From a virus: a DNA stretch of 64,000 bases. The notes under the pieces were generated by a model that was not told the DNA's origin, did no database searches, and saw only the letters and a list, made by a program, of their open reading frames with translations. Positions 45,755 through 55,593 of the stretch are shown here, in pieces. A program made the translations under genes and the position numbers. How positions within the stretch are numbered: position 1 is the stretch's first letter; every line of letters begins with the position of its first letter. The stretch is from IMG/VR virus record IMGVR_UViG_3300036939_000059, positions 2,802-66,801 of that record; one strand, written 5' to 3'.

Positions 45755-46420
45755 ATGCTAAGCGCCCTCTTCCCTCAGCTCAATACCAATACCGCTAAAA
45801 AGGTTCAAGCCAAATTGACATGGAAAGGGCTAACAATTGCAATCGAATATCAGCCCGGAGATATTCGCTTTAACCGAGAAATGCAAGTCGCTTATGGGTA
45901 TATTGAAAACTTCATAGGAGCGGACAAAGAGGCGCTGGATGTCTATCTAGGAAACAAGATAGCGAGCGATCGCGTATTCCAAATTGACCAACTAAAGAGG
46001 GATGGCAGTTTTGATGAACACAAGTTTATGTTGTGGTTTAAAGATATTGAAGAAGCGAAGGCTGCATTTTTAAATCAAATGCCTGCCGAATTGTTTGGAG
46101 GTATAGTAGAGATTAAATTGGCACAGTTAGAAAAAATATCGAAAGTGAATAAAGTGATTTACCAGAGAAGATTAAATGCGTTATTTTCTAGACACCGACT
46201 TACTGATAGCGAGAAAGGATTTTTTTTGCCCATGCAACAAGGTCTTCCACTCTTTGCCCACTTGGTTGACTGTGCAACCACAGCTCAAGATTTTCTGGAG
46301 CATTGTTTATCCTATTACCATCTTTGTGATGTACTCTTTCGTCTGAATAAAGAGGACGACCAAGGACTTCTTCCATTACGTGCCTGTGTTCAAGAATCCA
46401 CTTGCCTTCGTTGTTTCTAA
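45755..46420 (+). CDS. Phage inorganic-pyrophosphatase-like domain protein
   Basis: YGYIENFIGADKEALDVYLG..VFQIDQ..GSFDEHKFML; C-terminal tail is antisense HNH sequence. Confidence 0.7.
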   Translation: MLSALFPQLNTNTAKKVQAKLTWKGLTIAIEYQPGDIRFNREMQVAYGYIENFIGADKEALDVYLGNKIASDRVFQIDQLKRDGSFDEHKFMLWFKDIEEAKAAFLNQMPAELFGGIVEIKLAQLEKISKVNKVIYQRRLNALFSRHRLTDSEKGFFLPMQQGLPLFAHLVDCATTAQDFLEHCLSYYHLCDVLFRLNKEDDQGLLPLRACVQESTCLRCF

Positions 46421-46700
46421 TTAGTTTGTATCCATGATTATTGATATATCCTTCAGTTGGCTTAATGGGACGTTTTACACCGGGTCTTCCTTTTCCCTCG
46501 CCCATCAATGGATTTCCATAACGCAGTAGCTTTTTGTAATGAGCGTTGCAATATCCTCTCGCCTGCACTGATTTAGGGCAGCCGTCAACGAGGCAGCTAG
46601 GACCTCTTTTTTCTGCGAATAGTTGACTTAGATGATGCTCTCTGCAAACATCCCTTCCACTACAAATAAAACGATTACAATCTAAAACAGAGCAAATCAT
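46200..46700 (-). CDS. HNH endonuclease (HNH_3 type)
   Basis: LEHRHVMEEVLGRPL..VHHKDGNRINNAPENLELW; N-terminal C..GC...G.C..HY motifs. Confidence 0.9.
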   Translation of the reverse strand: MICSVLDCNRFICSGRDVCREHHLSQLFAEKRGPSCLVDGCPKSVQARGYCNAHYKKLLRYGNPLMGEGKGRPGVKRPIKPTEGYINNHGYKLIRNNEGKWILEHRHVMEEVLGRPLYSDERVHHKDGNRINNAPENLELWLHSQPSGQRVEDLVAWAKKILSRYQ

Positions 46701-46740
46701 AGGTATATATTTTAAAGCATCCTTCAATCATTTTACCATC

Positions 46741-47346
46741 ATGAGATATTATATCGACACAGAATTTATTGAAGACGGTCGCACAATAGAGCTGATTAGC
46801 ATTGGCATTGTGTCCGAGGATGGGAGAGAGCATTATGCCATCAATTATGATTGTGATTTTGAAAAGGCAAGTAACTGGGTTAAAGAAAATGTCTTGAGTC
46901 AACTACCAGAAAAGCCATTGCCAGGATTCGATCCAGAGCCATTAAAACAGGGATGGAGGAACAAAGGAGCGATCGCACACGACGTTGCTGAGTTTTGCGG
47001 GTGTGAGATTTCTGAGAAAAAGTCCCCATCAAAAGAAGAAATTCTAAGAGGCAAGCTTTGGGACATACAACTAAGGAGTGATGCAAGTAAACCAGAGTTC
47101 TGGGGATATTACGCTGATTATGACTGGGTAGTATTTTGCCAGTTGTTTGGCACGATGATGGACTTACCTAAAGGGTTTCCAAGGTACTGCCGCGACATCA
47201 AACAACTGTGTGATGAAATAGGCAATCCTCAATTACCAGAACAAGGTAAAAGGGTACACAACGCCCTAGCTGATGCGCGATGGAATAAACAGGCGTGGGA
47301 GTTTCTGAGGAAGTTCAACGAAAATTTTAGTTTTGAGCGTATATAA
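46741..47346 (+). CDS. DEDDh 3'-5' exonuclease (Rv2179c-like)
   Basis: YYIDTEF..LISIGIV..YYADYDWV..HNALADARW. Confidence 0.88.
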   Translation: MRYYIDTEFIEDGRTIELISIGIVSEDGREHYAINYDCDFEKASNWVKENVLSQLPEKPLPGFDPEPLKQGWRNKGAIAHDVAEFCGCEISEKKSPSKEEILRGKLWDIQLRSDASKPEFWGYYADYDWVVFCQLFGTMMDLPKGFPRYCRDIKQLCDEIGNPQLPEQGKRVHNALADARWNKQAWEFLRKFNENFSFERI

Positions 47347-47359
47347 GGATTAAATTGTC

Positions 47360-47617
47360 ATGGTCTGGATACACTTAGAAAGCACTTCAATCAATTCAAT
47401 CGCGATCGCAACCATTGACTGGGGAACCGACGAAAAACCAGTCGAAGAAATGCCCTCTGGCACAACAGAAGTGGCTAACCCAAACGCCGGAGTTTCTTCT
47501 CCTCAAGTGGCAGTTGTGCGCCTATTAGTGCAGCTCAATGACACTCCTTTATCAATTGTCATTGACCGCAACTCAGAGGACTTCAAGAAGCTTAAAGCAG
47601 CACTAGGTAAGTCGTGA
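47360..47617 (+). CDS. Hypothetical protein
   Basis: 85-aa ORF. Confidence 0.5.
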   Translation: MVWIHLESTSINSIAIATIDWGTDEKPVEEMPSGTTEVANPNAGVSSPQVAVVRLLVQLNDTPLSIVIDRNSEDFKKLKAALGKS

Positions 47618-47618
47618 A

Positions 47619-48941
47619 ATGCCCCGCAAATCAGGGATTGGGAAACAACCAGGGGACGACTTTGGCAGGTCCAAGAAAATCCCCGAAGTGGACAGCTATC
47701 GCCAAAGCAATCGCTGGAGTTTCCGAGTCCCCAAAGACCCCAACGATTTAACTAATCTCAACGACGCTTGCGGCTTCAACGAAATCAATCCCGCCGACAA
47801 CCTCTTGGAAGCTCGTGGTCGGCAGATGGGGGAATCGGTCGAGTACGACCCCGTCCAGATTCAAAACTACCGATCGCAGTTTGCTCGGTACGAGAAGGCG
47901 ATCGGTCTCACGATTGACCGCATCTACCAGAACGCCAAAGGACGCACTGTCTACGCATTTTGCTCCAAAGATTCTCCCACGGGGTTCTGGGAAGTTACCC
48001 AGGCGGGAGGAACTTTCCTCAATATCCCCAAGCCCGTATTACTCGTAATTTGCCCACGCCCGTTCCAACTTCAGGACTTGACCGGGGTCATCACAACCGA
48101 TGGTGATACTTTCCGTTGGACGCAATTGCAGGGGCGAACAACTAGCATTTTTCCCAATACAGGGGGAGTAGAAGCCCTTAACCCCACTATCTTTACCTTT
48201 GGCGCACCAGGTGCCTACGACCCGCCCATTCAACTGCTCATTGAGTTAGAGGACAACCCTCAAGTTTTCCGCATCGTTCAGATTACAACAGTGCCAACAT
48301 CAGACCAATACGGCACGGGCTTTACCCCTTTAGGTAATGGCGTTGCCCCTTGCTACAAAGTCCGAACCATTACCCCCGCTCCTGCCCGCGCAGAAGGTGG
48401 GGCGTTGTATACCGGAGGCGCGATCGCCTTCACTTGGAACCTGCCCACCTGTGACACTAATTCGGTTTTACAAACTGTTTGGGAGAGCAACCTAACAGGA
48501 ACTTACCTCCCCGTTGCAGCTTACCCAGTCAGCGCCAATCGTTTATTCGTGGCGCAGCCTAACGTTAGATACAGTATTCGGTCTGATTTTGATACTGGGT
48601 TAAGGCAATATTCCACCACGAGCGATCGCTTTTTATGGTCTTATAGCCCTGGGGTACTGAACACAGACAAAGTGATACTTGCTGATACAACACAGCAAGG
48701 AATAAGTTTTGCTTCTACTAAGTCGCTAACCACTCAATATCAGTTGTCAGTAATCACCCAACAACCTACTGACACTTTTCCAAATGCTATTAGCTTCTCC
48801 AGAGGGAAGGCTAACTTTACTCAATACCCGTTGTCAGTCATCACCCAACAACCTACTGACACTTTTCCAAGTGCTGTTAGCTTCTCCAAGGGAAGGGCAA
48901 GCTTCATTAAATATCAATTGAGCGGAGTAATCATCGGTTAA
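47619..48941 (+). CDS. Probable tail/virion protein with Ig/PKD-like region and C-terminal 29-aa tandem repeat
   Basis: FRWTQLQG, beta-rich; QY.LSVITQQPTDTFP.A.SFS.G.A.F repeated. Confidence 0.55.
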   Translation: MPRKSGIGKQPGDDFGRSKKIPEVDSYRQSNRWSFRVPKDPNDLTNLNDACGFNEINPADNLLEARGRQMGESVEYDPVQIQNYRSQFARYEKAIGLTIDRIYQNAKGRTVYAFCSKDSPTGFWEVTQAGGTFLNIPKPVLLVICPRPFQLQDLTGVITTDGDTFRWTQLQGRTTSIFPNTGGVEALNPTIFTFGAPGAYDPPIQLLIELEDNPQVFRIVQITTVPTSDQYGTGFTPLGNGVAPCYKVRTITPAPARAEGGALYTGGAIAFTWNLPTCDTNSVLQTVWESNLTGTYLPVAAYPVSANRLFVAQPNVRYSIRSDFDTGLRQYSTTSDRFLWSYSPGVLNTDKVILADTTQQGISFASTKSLTTQYQLSVITQQPTDTFPNAISFSRGKANFTQYPLSVITQQPTDTFPSAVSFSKGRASFIKYQLSGVIIG

Positions 48942-51703
48942 TGCAATTAAAAGGCTCTATCGAAATCCATCGCATCGACAGTCGCACAGGTCAGTTACAA
49001 GAGGTAATCAAGCAGGATAATATTATTCCCCAAGCGACCTTAGTTAGCCTCTTAAACTGGAACTCTAACAACAATTTTTTTGGGTCTAAACTCATTAGTC
49101 TTAGTACCCAAAACACCGCCCCCGACGTAAACAATAATAGTTTAACGCAAATTATTGCTACGGGGTATGTTGCCGCTGGAACTATGTCCCCTGAATGGTA
49201 TGAAGGAGTAACACCTCCTTTTGGACAGGTAAGAAATCGATTTGACCCCCCACCGGGAGGGATTGCTAGAACTTTCAACACGGTAGCTCTAGCCAACCAA
49301 GGCTCAAATAATAATCAGAATAGTGTAACTGGGATTGCCTTTGCCTATGTAAGGTTAGACCTAAGCTGCACTCAAGGAAGTTTTGATACTTTAGACATTT
49401 ATTACAGAATTCAATTTCAAAATATTTCCAACAAAGGCTTTTTGGATAACGACAGTGTCACTAAAGACTTTGGACGATGCCTTTTTGGATCGTCACCGCT
49501 TCCCGCCCCTTTTCGGATAAGTTTTCTTTACGCTCATCCTAGTAACTTGACGGCAATGGGTTATAGAAATATTTACGCCTTAGCAGGTTCTTCCCTTGCG
49601 CTTGTTGTGGCTTCTGTTGTGAACTGGTTTAGCGGAATTGCTATTCCTAGTCATTTCAAATGGCAATACACTTATCAGCAAGCTAGATCTAGCACCGTAG
49701 GACTAGGAATTATCTTCAGTAATATGTTGCAAGGACAAGGAGAAACCTTGCCCGACTCTGCTTACAATATCTCTAAATTCAATTATCCTCAAGAGCCATT
49801 CCAGACGGGATTTTGGCATGGCTCTGCCAGTAACACCCCATTCTTTGACGCCAATAATTTTGGCAGTAGCAATGGCAGGGTCACTCTTTCCGGGACATGG
49901 GTAGGGGGTTGGCCTATGCTGTTCAGGATTAATGTCTTTGTCAATTTAACAGTCACAACAACAGCGGCAGCGGTAGCGGGGGCTACCTCTTTAACCGTCC
50001 AAACCCTGCAAAACGCGATCGCATCAGGCACTCAAATTTCTTTCCCTAATGGCGTAATTGCAACAACAACAGCAATCGCCGCCGCAGGGGGTACATCTAT
50101 TCCCGTTCAAGCTTTATCAGGCGCGGTCACGACCAACTCAATCGGGAGTTACGCCAGTAATAGTGGCAACGGGGGAGTAGGCACAGCAACCTACAACTGG
50201 TCGGTCAGGCGACATTTAGGATTTTCTGGCAGCAATTACACAGACTTAGTGCTGGCGGGGAATCCTTACCGCCATCCCCTCAACCAACCCGCTCCAGGCT
50301 TCCACGGCTGGAAGGATGAGAACAACGATTTACTTCGATTCAGTAATACCCAAGTCGTCCAATATGATCTGTCCGGTGTAACTCTTCTTGACTTAATGTC
50401 TGGAGCTTACACCAACTACGACAACACTACCATCCCTGCGATTGGGGCTGGAGCAAGCAGTGACATCCGGCAGTGTGCGACTGATGGTAGCCGAATCTAT
50501 GTGGCGTGCCGAAATACTGGGCTTTGGGTCATTGATGTCGCTGCCGCGACGGCAACCAACCCCGTCGCGACTCCTTGCTATGGCGTGGACATTGGTCGCC
50601 TTGGGGTGGCGTGGGCAATCTTTAACGGGAGTTTGCGAAACAGCACCAACTGGGCAGCGTCGGTTACTTTCACCTTCACCGGACTAACCGATAACAACTG
50701 GGCAAGGACTAGGTTCCTCAAAGCCGATCCAGGTCAAACCGATGACCAGCTTGCGATTGTTGCCGACAATGGTGCTGGTGTTAACCGCGTCATTTGGTAC
50801 AGATCCTCAACGGCGGCTTCTACCCTCGGCTATTCTGCCGCTACCTTAAAAAGCTGGCCTGCTAGTTTGGATTGTTCGGACACCGGAGGGTTCTGGGCAA
50901 TCCAGTCCCTAAGACTAACCTTTGCCGCTGCGACTACCAGTGCGATCGCATCCGTCCCCGCCCAATCTTTAATCAGCTCCATCTATGGGACTGATACGTT
51001 CTATAAAATCTCGTTTGTTGGCACTTCCTTAATTGCAGCTAGCACCTTGGTCAGTGCAGCCAATGCTGTCGTCAATAGCCATACCACCATCCCCGCTTCC
51101 CCCTATGTCTTGCACATGGTAGGCGGCATAATTATCGCCGCTCGGTATATGCGCCAACTGCACACAGACAATGTCTTCTGCTGGGAGAATTATGGCTGGG
51201 ATGGCTCTAGCTGGGTCTTGGGGCTAAGAACTGCACGCCCCACTCACACAGCCCCACAACCCCTACTTCATGGAATCAGTGTAGCGTTTGCTAATGGGGC
51301 TAACCCCCCTCACTTCACTGCGACGGACTACTTTACTCAAGGCATCTGCTACGGGCTTTGGAAGGACAACGCAACGGATATCTTCTATCAGTCCCAGTGG
51401 TATAGCAAACCCGTTGAATTTGATTTTCCTATCCCCGCAGGCGTCACAATTCCCCCAGCCGGACAAACTTACAAACTGACCGCAGCCAACGATGTCAACT
51501 ACCAGCGCATTGAGACTGACTCAATTGACGTACTCGCCAGGTTCTTAATTGCTGGTTCTCCCGTGGCGACTGTTTACGTGAACGGGGAAGCGCCTGGACC
51601 CAACGAGATTACAGTCAACGGGGTGACAGGGGTAGTCACGTTCAACTCAGTTGATGCGGGGAAGAGTTTTTCGGGAACTTATGCTTGGATACGCTTTGCT
51701 TAG
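48941..51703 (+). CDS. Large tail/receptor-binding protein (probable)
   Basis: 920 aa, T/A/G/N-rich beta structure; IYYRIQF N-terminal module. Confidence 0.6.
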   Translation: MQLKGSIEIHRIDSRTGQLQEVIKQDNIIPQATLVSLLNWNSNNNFFGSKLISLSTQNTAPDVNNNSLTQIIATGYVAAGTMSPEWYEGVTPPFGQVRNRFDPPPGGIARTFNTVALANQGSNNNQNSVTGIAFAYVRLDLSCTQGSFDTLDIYYRIQFQNISNKGFLDNDSVTKDFGRCLFGSSPLPAPFRISFLYAHPSNLTAMGYRNIYALAGSSLALVVASVVNWFSGIAIPSHFKWQYTYQQARSSTVGLGIIFSNMLQGQGETLPDSAYNISKFNYPQEPFQTGFWHGSASNTPFFDANNFGSSNGRVTLSGTWVGGWPMLFRINVFVNLTVTTTAAAVAGATSLTVQTLQNAIASGTQISFPNGVIATTTAIAAAGGTSIPVQALSGAVTTNSIGSYASNSGNGGVGTATYNWSVRRHLGFSGSNYTDLVLAGNPYRHPLNQPAPGFHGWKDENNDLLRFSNTQVVQYDLSGVTLLDLMSGAYTNYDNTTIPAIGAGASSDIRQCATDGSRIYVACRNTGLWVIDVAAATATNPVATPCYGVDIGRLGVAWAIFNGSLRNSTNWAASVTFTFTGLTDNNWARTRFLKADPGQTDDQLAIVADNGAGVNRVIWYRSSTAASTLGYSAATLKSWPASLDCSDTGGFWAIQSLRLTFAAATTSAIASVPAQSLISSIYGTDTFYKISFVGTSLIAASTLVSAANAVVNSHTTIPASPYVLHMVGGIIIAARYMRQLHTDNVFCWENYGWDGSSWVLGLRTARPTHTAPQPLLHGISVAFANGANPPHFTATDYFTQGICYGLWKDNATDIFYQSQWYSKPVEFDFPIPAGVTIPPAGQTYKLTAANDVNYQRIETDSIDVLARFLIAGSPVATVYVNGEAPGPNEITVNGVTGVVTFNSVDAGKSFSGTYAWIRFA

Positions 51704-51782
51704 ATAACCGCGACGCATCGCGGTTATCTAAAGTATTGATGTCGCAAGTAGAATAACTTTAGGTGTTAACAGTCATATCAAA

Positions 51783-52229
51783 ATGAATAACCGCAAGTTT
51801 AATTCGCTTCAATACGAGCAGCCTCTAGTAAAACAATTGCACACTATTGAGAGTTTAGCTAAAGCCGTAGGTTTAAAGGAACCTGGTTTATTTAAAGTCG
51901 AAAGTGAAGCTGATAACCCACGTCATCCAAGAAGTTCTGGTCGGACAACCCGAACTATTTTACTTGCTTGCGTAGCCAGTCAAAAAAACAGGGTGCTGAT
52001 ACTGGGACACAACTGGATTTACACTAAGCAGCTATTAGATCAGACGATCACTTATTGTAAACAGGGAGGGATTAATCCAAGCAATATTATGCGTTTTTAC
52101 ATCCCTGTTGGCACTTCTGTTGAATCAGCTCTTCGCGGAAGGGAAGACGTGATAATTCTTGAAGATCACTACAGAGATGAAATGGCTTGGGGACGCTTGC
52201 CAAGGCCCAAACTTGAACGGTTGAGCTAA
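51783..52229 (+). CDS. Hypothetical protein with P-loop-like SSGRTT
   Basis: RSSGRTTRTILLA..RVLIL..VIILEDH. Confidence 0.45.
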   Translation: MNNRKFNSLQYEQPLVKQLHTIESLAKAVGLKEPGLFKVESEADNPRHPRSSGRTTRTILLACVASQKNRVLILGHNWIYTKQLLDQTITYCKQGGINPSNIMRFYIPVGTSVESALRGREDVIILEDHYRDEMAWGRLPRPKLERLS

Positions 52230-52234
52230 CACTT

Positions 52235-52753
52235 ATGTCCAAAGGATTCTGGAAAAGACAGCAGGACAATGACGAGATATCTGTAGAATCAATGGTCAGA
52301 GTAAATGATCTCTCTCCTGCGGTTCTAATTAAGTGGGGAAAGAACAAAGGTACTCTCGATTTGGATGAAGCAACAGCCCACGCTACTGGAATCTTAAAAG
52401 CAGTATCTTGCGCTCGTAGTGATAGTGCTGTCGTCAAGCTCTTCTCCTCTCTTGAAGGATTAGATCTGCCCAAATCTGCCCTGTTCCGTCAAATGCTCAG
52501 AGACTTTAGAGAGAAAAATAAGGAGCAAGACTTGTCAGGAGTACGTGTGGTTCTTGACCCGGATGAAGAGCCAATGCCTACCTCTGAAGTCTTCTACCAT
52601 GCCCTTCACCTTCTAGAAGTAGCAGTGATGAGCGAGACAGAAGCTTTCCTAGTAGAGTTTCTGCGCCAAGAAATGAACATGGATGCAGATAGAATCAATG
52701 CCATTATCCATGGCCTAAGAAGTATTATGTACAAAACAGAGGAGACAGCATGA
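52235..52753 (+). CDS. Hypothetical protein
   Basis: In a coupled small-gene operon. Confidence 0.55.
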   Translation: MSKGFWKRQQDNDEISVESMVRVNDLSPAVLIKWGKNKGTLDLDEATAHATGILKAVSCARSDSAVVKLFSSLEGLDLPKSALFRQMLRDFREKNKEQDLSGVRVVLDPDEEPMPTSEVFYHALHLLEVAVMSETEAFLVEFLRQEMNMDADRINAIIHGLRSIMYKTEETA

Positions 52754-53085
52754 ATAACTCCGAGAAAAACAATCAATGGTCTTCGCACCACTGGGAGGCA
52801 GAAGGCAAGCCAGATGGAGGAGTGAGCTATGGAATAGGTTTTACAATTGCTTGGCAGCGTGGTTCATTGCTGGACAATGGTAGGAATGGCGCTTTCCTAA
52901 TTGAGGTATTAGAGGTTTGTCTAGACGAGCTAAAGCACAAACACAAACAGTTCCCCTGCAAGGAAAATCTTGATGCAATTGAATACCTTGAAAAATGTTT
53001 GCTATCACTAAATAGCCGATTAGAAAGAAGGAAGCAAGAGGGGACACTTTACGACCACAAAGAAAGCCCAATGTATCCAGATTGA
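52750..53085 (+). CDS. Hypothetical protein
   Basis: ATGA-coupled; FTIAWQRG..NGAFLIEVL..FPCKEN..A. Confidence 0.6.
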   Translation: MNNSEKNNQWSSHHWEAEGKPDGGVSYGIGFTIAWQRGSLLDNGRNGAFLIEVLEVCLDELKHKHKQFPCKENLDAIEYLEKCLLSLNSRLERRKQEGTLYDHKESPMYPD

Positions 53086-53092
53086 TCTAGCC

Positions 53093-53470
53093 ATGAACCA
53101 AAACTTTATGAGAAATGTAACTGAACTAAACCCACTAGAACTCAATGCTTTTATGACCGACCTACACGCCACTATCGTAAACTTAACTGAGCAGAAAAAT
53201 GCAGCCTATGCCGAGCGCAATAAGTGCATTGCTCTTGCTACTCGGATGGCTATAGCTTTTGGTTTAGAGGCTGGTCGTTGGTATCATGAGGGAGAAGAAG
53301 AGGGTTGGGGTTGGATTGTCTCTATCCATCTTCCAACTGGATGGGCTGACTGGCACATTGCAGATTTTGAAATCAACGAGTTTTCGGATTTGCCAATTAT
53401 TGAGAGGCAATGGGAAGAATACTCAACAGAAGAAAAATACCAACGAGTTTTGGAAGCAAGGTTCTGGTAA
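53093..53470 (+). CDS. Hypothetical protein
   Basis: AYAERN..W.IVSIHLPTG..WHI pattern. Confidence 0.6.
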   Translation: MNQNFMRNVTELNPLELNAFMTDLHATIVNLTEQKNAAYAERNKCIALATRMAIAFGLEAGRWYHEGEEEGWGWIVSIHLPTGWADWHIADFEINEFSDLPIIERQWEEYSTEEKYQRVLEARFW

Positions 53471-53476
53471 TACGAA

Positions 53477-53692
53477 ATGAATAAAGAGCCTCCCTTTCCT
53501 CATGTTCCTAGATGGCATGATTCTATCCCTCGCGAAGTACAAAAAGAGATAGGACAAGCAGTAGAATCTCAGATGAAAGAGCTACCTTTATATCTTCAGT
53601 TTGAGTGGTACAAGCCTTGCTACCTTGAGAGGAGCTTTTTCCTTAAAGCCTCAAAGTACATAAGAATTCCAGGTTCAGATTATTGGCAATAA
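53477..53692 (+). CDS. Hypothetical protein
   Basis: 71-aa ORF. Confidence 0.45.
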   Translation: MNKEPPFPHVPRWHDSIPREVQKEIGQAVESQMKELPLYLQFEWYKPCYLERSFFLKASKYIRIPGSDYWQ

Positions 53693-53940
53693 GAAAGCGC
53701 AAGCCCAACAAGAAGTCCTACAAACGTTTCCTTGTCTCTCCCTACTGGAAGGAGGTGAGGAGTAAAGTCATAACGCGCGATCGCTACAAGTGCAAAAGCT
53801 GCGGGGCAACCAAATACCTGCAAGTTCACCACAAGACTTATGCCCACCACAGACAAGAACACCTCTACCTCAAGGATTTAGAGACACTATGCAGGAGCTG
53901 TCACAGGAAGAAACACCGCCGCTCTCAAATGAAGAGCTAG
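53683..53940 (+). CDS. Small HNH endonuclease
   Basis: YWKEVR..RDRYKCKSCG..LQVHHKTY..LETLCRSCH. Confidence 0.88.
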   Translation: MAIRKRKPNKKSYKRFLVSPYWKEVRSKVITRDRYKCKSCGATKYLQVHHKTYAHHRQEHLYLKDLETLCRSCHRKKHRRSQMKS

Positions 53941-54116
53941 CTCAAACCCCTAATGCCAAAATTTGGGCAAGAGAGTTTATGAAAACCGTAGAAAATAAAG
54001 ATATTGAGATAGATGAAGACTTTATGGAAGGCTGGTTCGGGGCTGCAATTATGGCAGGCTGGGACGAACTTGAGCGGAGAGTTAAAGGAACAAAAACTAT
54101 TGATGCCAAACAATAA
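53889..54116 (+). CDS. Hypothetical protein
   Basis: IWAREFMK..FMEGWFGAAIMAGWD; start at the internal ATG. Confidence 0.5.
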   Translation: MQELSQEETPPLSNEELAQTPNAKIWAREFMKTVENKDIEIDEDFMEGWFGAAIMAGWDELERRVKGTKTIDAKQ

Positions 54117-54235
54117 AATTACATTTGAACGCTAATATTGAAAGAAGGGCAAAGACCGGATTCAGGGCTAAAGTCTCCTGCGTAGTAGCGGTGGCTCTTG
54201 GCGTCAGCGCCCTTTAATCTTTTAAGCTCCAAACG

Positions 54236-54269
54236 ACAAACCCCCTTGGACTCCTAAGGGGGTTTTGTT
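54236..54269. terminator. Bidirectional terminator
   Basis: AAACCCCCTTGG-ACTC-CTAAGGGGGTTTT. Confidence 0.65.
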
Positions 54270-54312
54270 AGTCCTAACGCGCTTCCATGCGACAGGAAGT
54301 GCAGAACGCAAG

Positions 54313-54708
54313 TTAGCAGCCCACTGCTTGACGCTGGCGACGTTCCTGAATCGCCAACTTCAGCGATCGCTCTGTCTCTAACTGTCGCACTGCCAACCGC
54401 GCTGCTTCCTTGGCATTCGCCTTATCCACAACTCTCGCGATCGCGCTCACTGCCTGAACCTGCTCACCATCCGACCAGAACGACCGACCTGAAAGGTGAA
54501 TTCGTCGCCCTGAGTTCAAGCAGACCAGTGCCGCTCCGCCCTTAAACGTTGTGGTAGCTGAGGCAATATCGCGCCACTCTACCGCCGTGGCTTGCAGCAT
54601 AGCTTGAGGGAGGTGGGACGCGATCGCTTTCTTGTCTGAATCGCTCAGGATTTCGTAGTCAGCAGCTGCAGTTTTGGTCGAGACGAGGCGGGAGATTAAA
54701 GCTAGCAT
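54313..54708 (-). CDS. Hypothetical protein
   Basis: 131-aa ORF. Confidence 0.55.
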   Translation of the reverse strand: MLALISRLVSTKTAAADYEILSDSDKKAIASHLPQAMLQATAVEWRDIASATTTFKGGAALVCLNSGRRIHLSGRSFWSDGEQVQAVSAIARVVDKANAKEAARLAVRQLETERSLKLAIQERRQRQAVGC

Positions 54709-54822
54709 GGTTGTAACCTTTTTCTTGAGGGTTAGAGGAAGCTGTTTCTTTTTCGGGGAGGCAGCTTTCTCTTTGGTTGATACTCTTATTATTGCATCGC
54801 CGTAAGTTCCGGTCTTCAGTAA

Positions 54823-55227
54823 TTATGCTGAAGTTTTGACTAGCTCACTCGTTTTACAGTCCAATGCCGCACACAACGCTACTACATGAGCTAAACCCTC
54901 CATCTCCTTCTCCCCGCGCTCCCAGGCACGAACAATGCGATCGCTCACTCCAAGCCTGACCGCAAGCTCAACTTGTGTTAACCCCGCCTGAACTCGCAAA
55001 GCTTTCAACCCCCGCGCTAGCAGTAGCCCCGCTTCACAGTCTAGAATCAGGCATAAGCGGACGGTGCGTTCAATGCGATCGCCCCTCGTGCCATTCTCCC
55101 AGCGCTGGACAACCTCAACGGATACGCCAACAGACTGAGCGAGTTCAGCTTGTGAGAGGTTTCTTGTGGTGCGGAGAAAGGCAATTTGCAGCATCCTTCT
55201 ATACTGCCATAAGTTCCGGCAGACCAA
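54823..55227 (-). CDS. Tandem two-domain XRE HTH regulator
   Basis: LSQAELAQSVGVSVEVVQRWENG and LTQVELAVRLGVSDRIVRAWERG. Confidence 0.88.
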   Translation of the reverse strand: MVCRNLWQYRRMLQIAFLRTTRNLSQAELAQSVGVSVEVVQRWENGTRGDRIERTVRLCLILDCEAGLLLARGLKALRVQAGLTQVELAVRLGVSDRIVRAWERGEKEMEGLAHVVALCAALDCKTSELVKTSA

Positions 55228-55236
55228 CCCTTCCCT

Positions 55237-55593
55237 ATGTTTGATTTCTCTCAGGTTAAAGCAGCTATTCCCTTACCACAACGCAAGTTCCCCGTTGCCG
55301 CAGCAGCTCGTCCCGATGTTTATGATTTACTCATAAATCTTAAGCAGTTTGAATTTAAGAATGCTCCACTCGGATTCCCTAGCAGTATCCCTATTTTTCC
55401 TGACCCCGCAGCCTCAAGCATTGCCCTTGCTCAGACAGAAGAATGTATGCTGTTCTACGACCAGAAGAGTCTATCGCTGTATTTGAATCGAGCTGAAGAC
55501 CCTATGGCTTGGATAAAATACTGCTGCGAGCTAGCAGGGATACCTTACCCAACAGAAGATGACCCAACAAAACAGTTTCCGCCCACCATGTGA
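55237..55593 (+). CDS. Hypothetical protein
   Basis: 118-aa ORF. Confidence 0.5.
   Translation: MFDFSQVKAAIPLPQRKFPVAAAARPDVYDLLINLKQFEFKNAPLGFPSSIPIFPDPAASSIALAQTEECMLFYDQKSLSLYLNRAEDPMAWIKYCCELAGIPYPTEDDPTKQFPPTM

Noticed and set aside
44452-46727. Diversity-generating retroelement or IS element as the cause of the duplications
   Set aside because: No reverse transcriptase or transposase gene, no adenine-specific variation between repeats, and no terminal inverted repeats with target duplications.
54144-54226. Intergenic segment with AAGGGC...GCCCTT closing stem, superficially tRNA- or riboswitch-like
   Set aside because: No T-loop TTC motif and no convincing match to the c-di-GMP-I or other riboswitch consensus I know; an Infernal/Rfam scan is needed.
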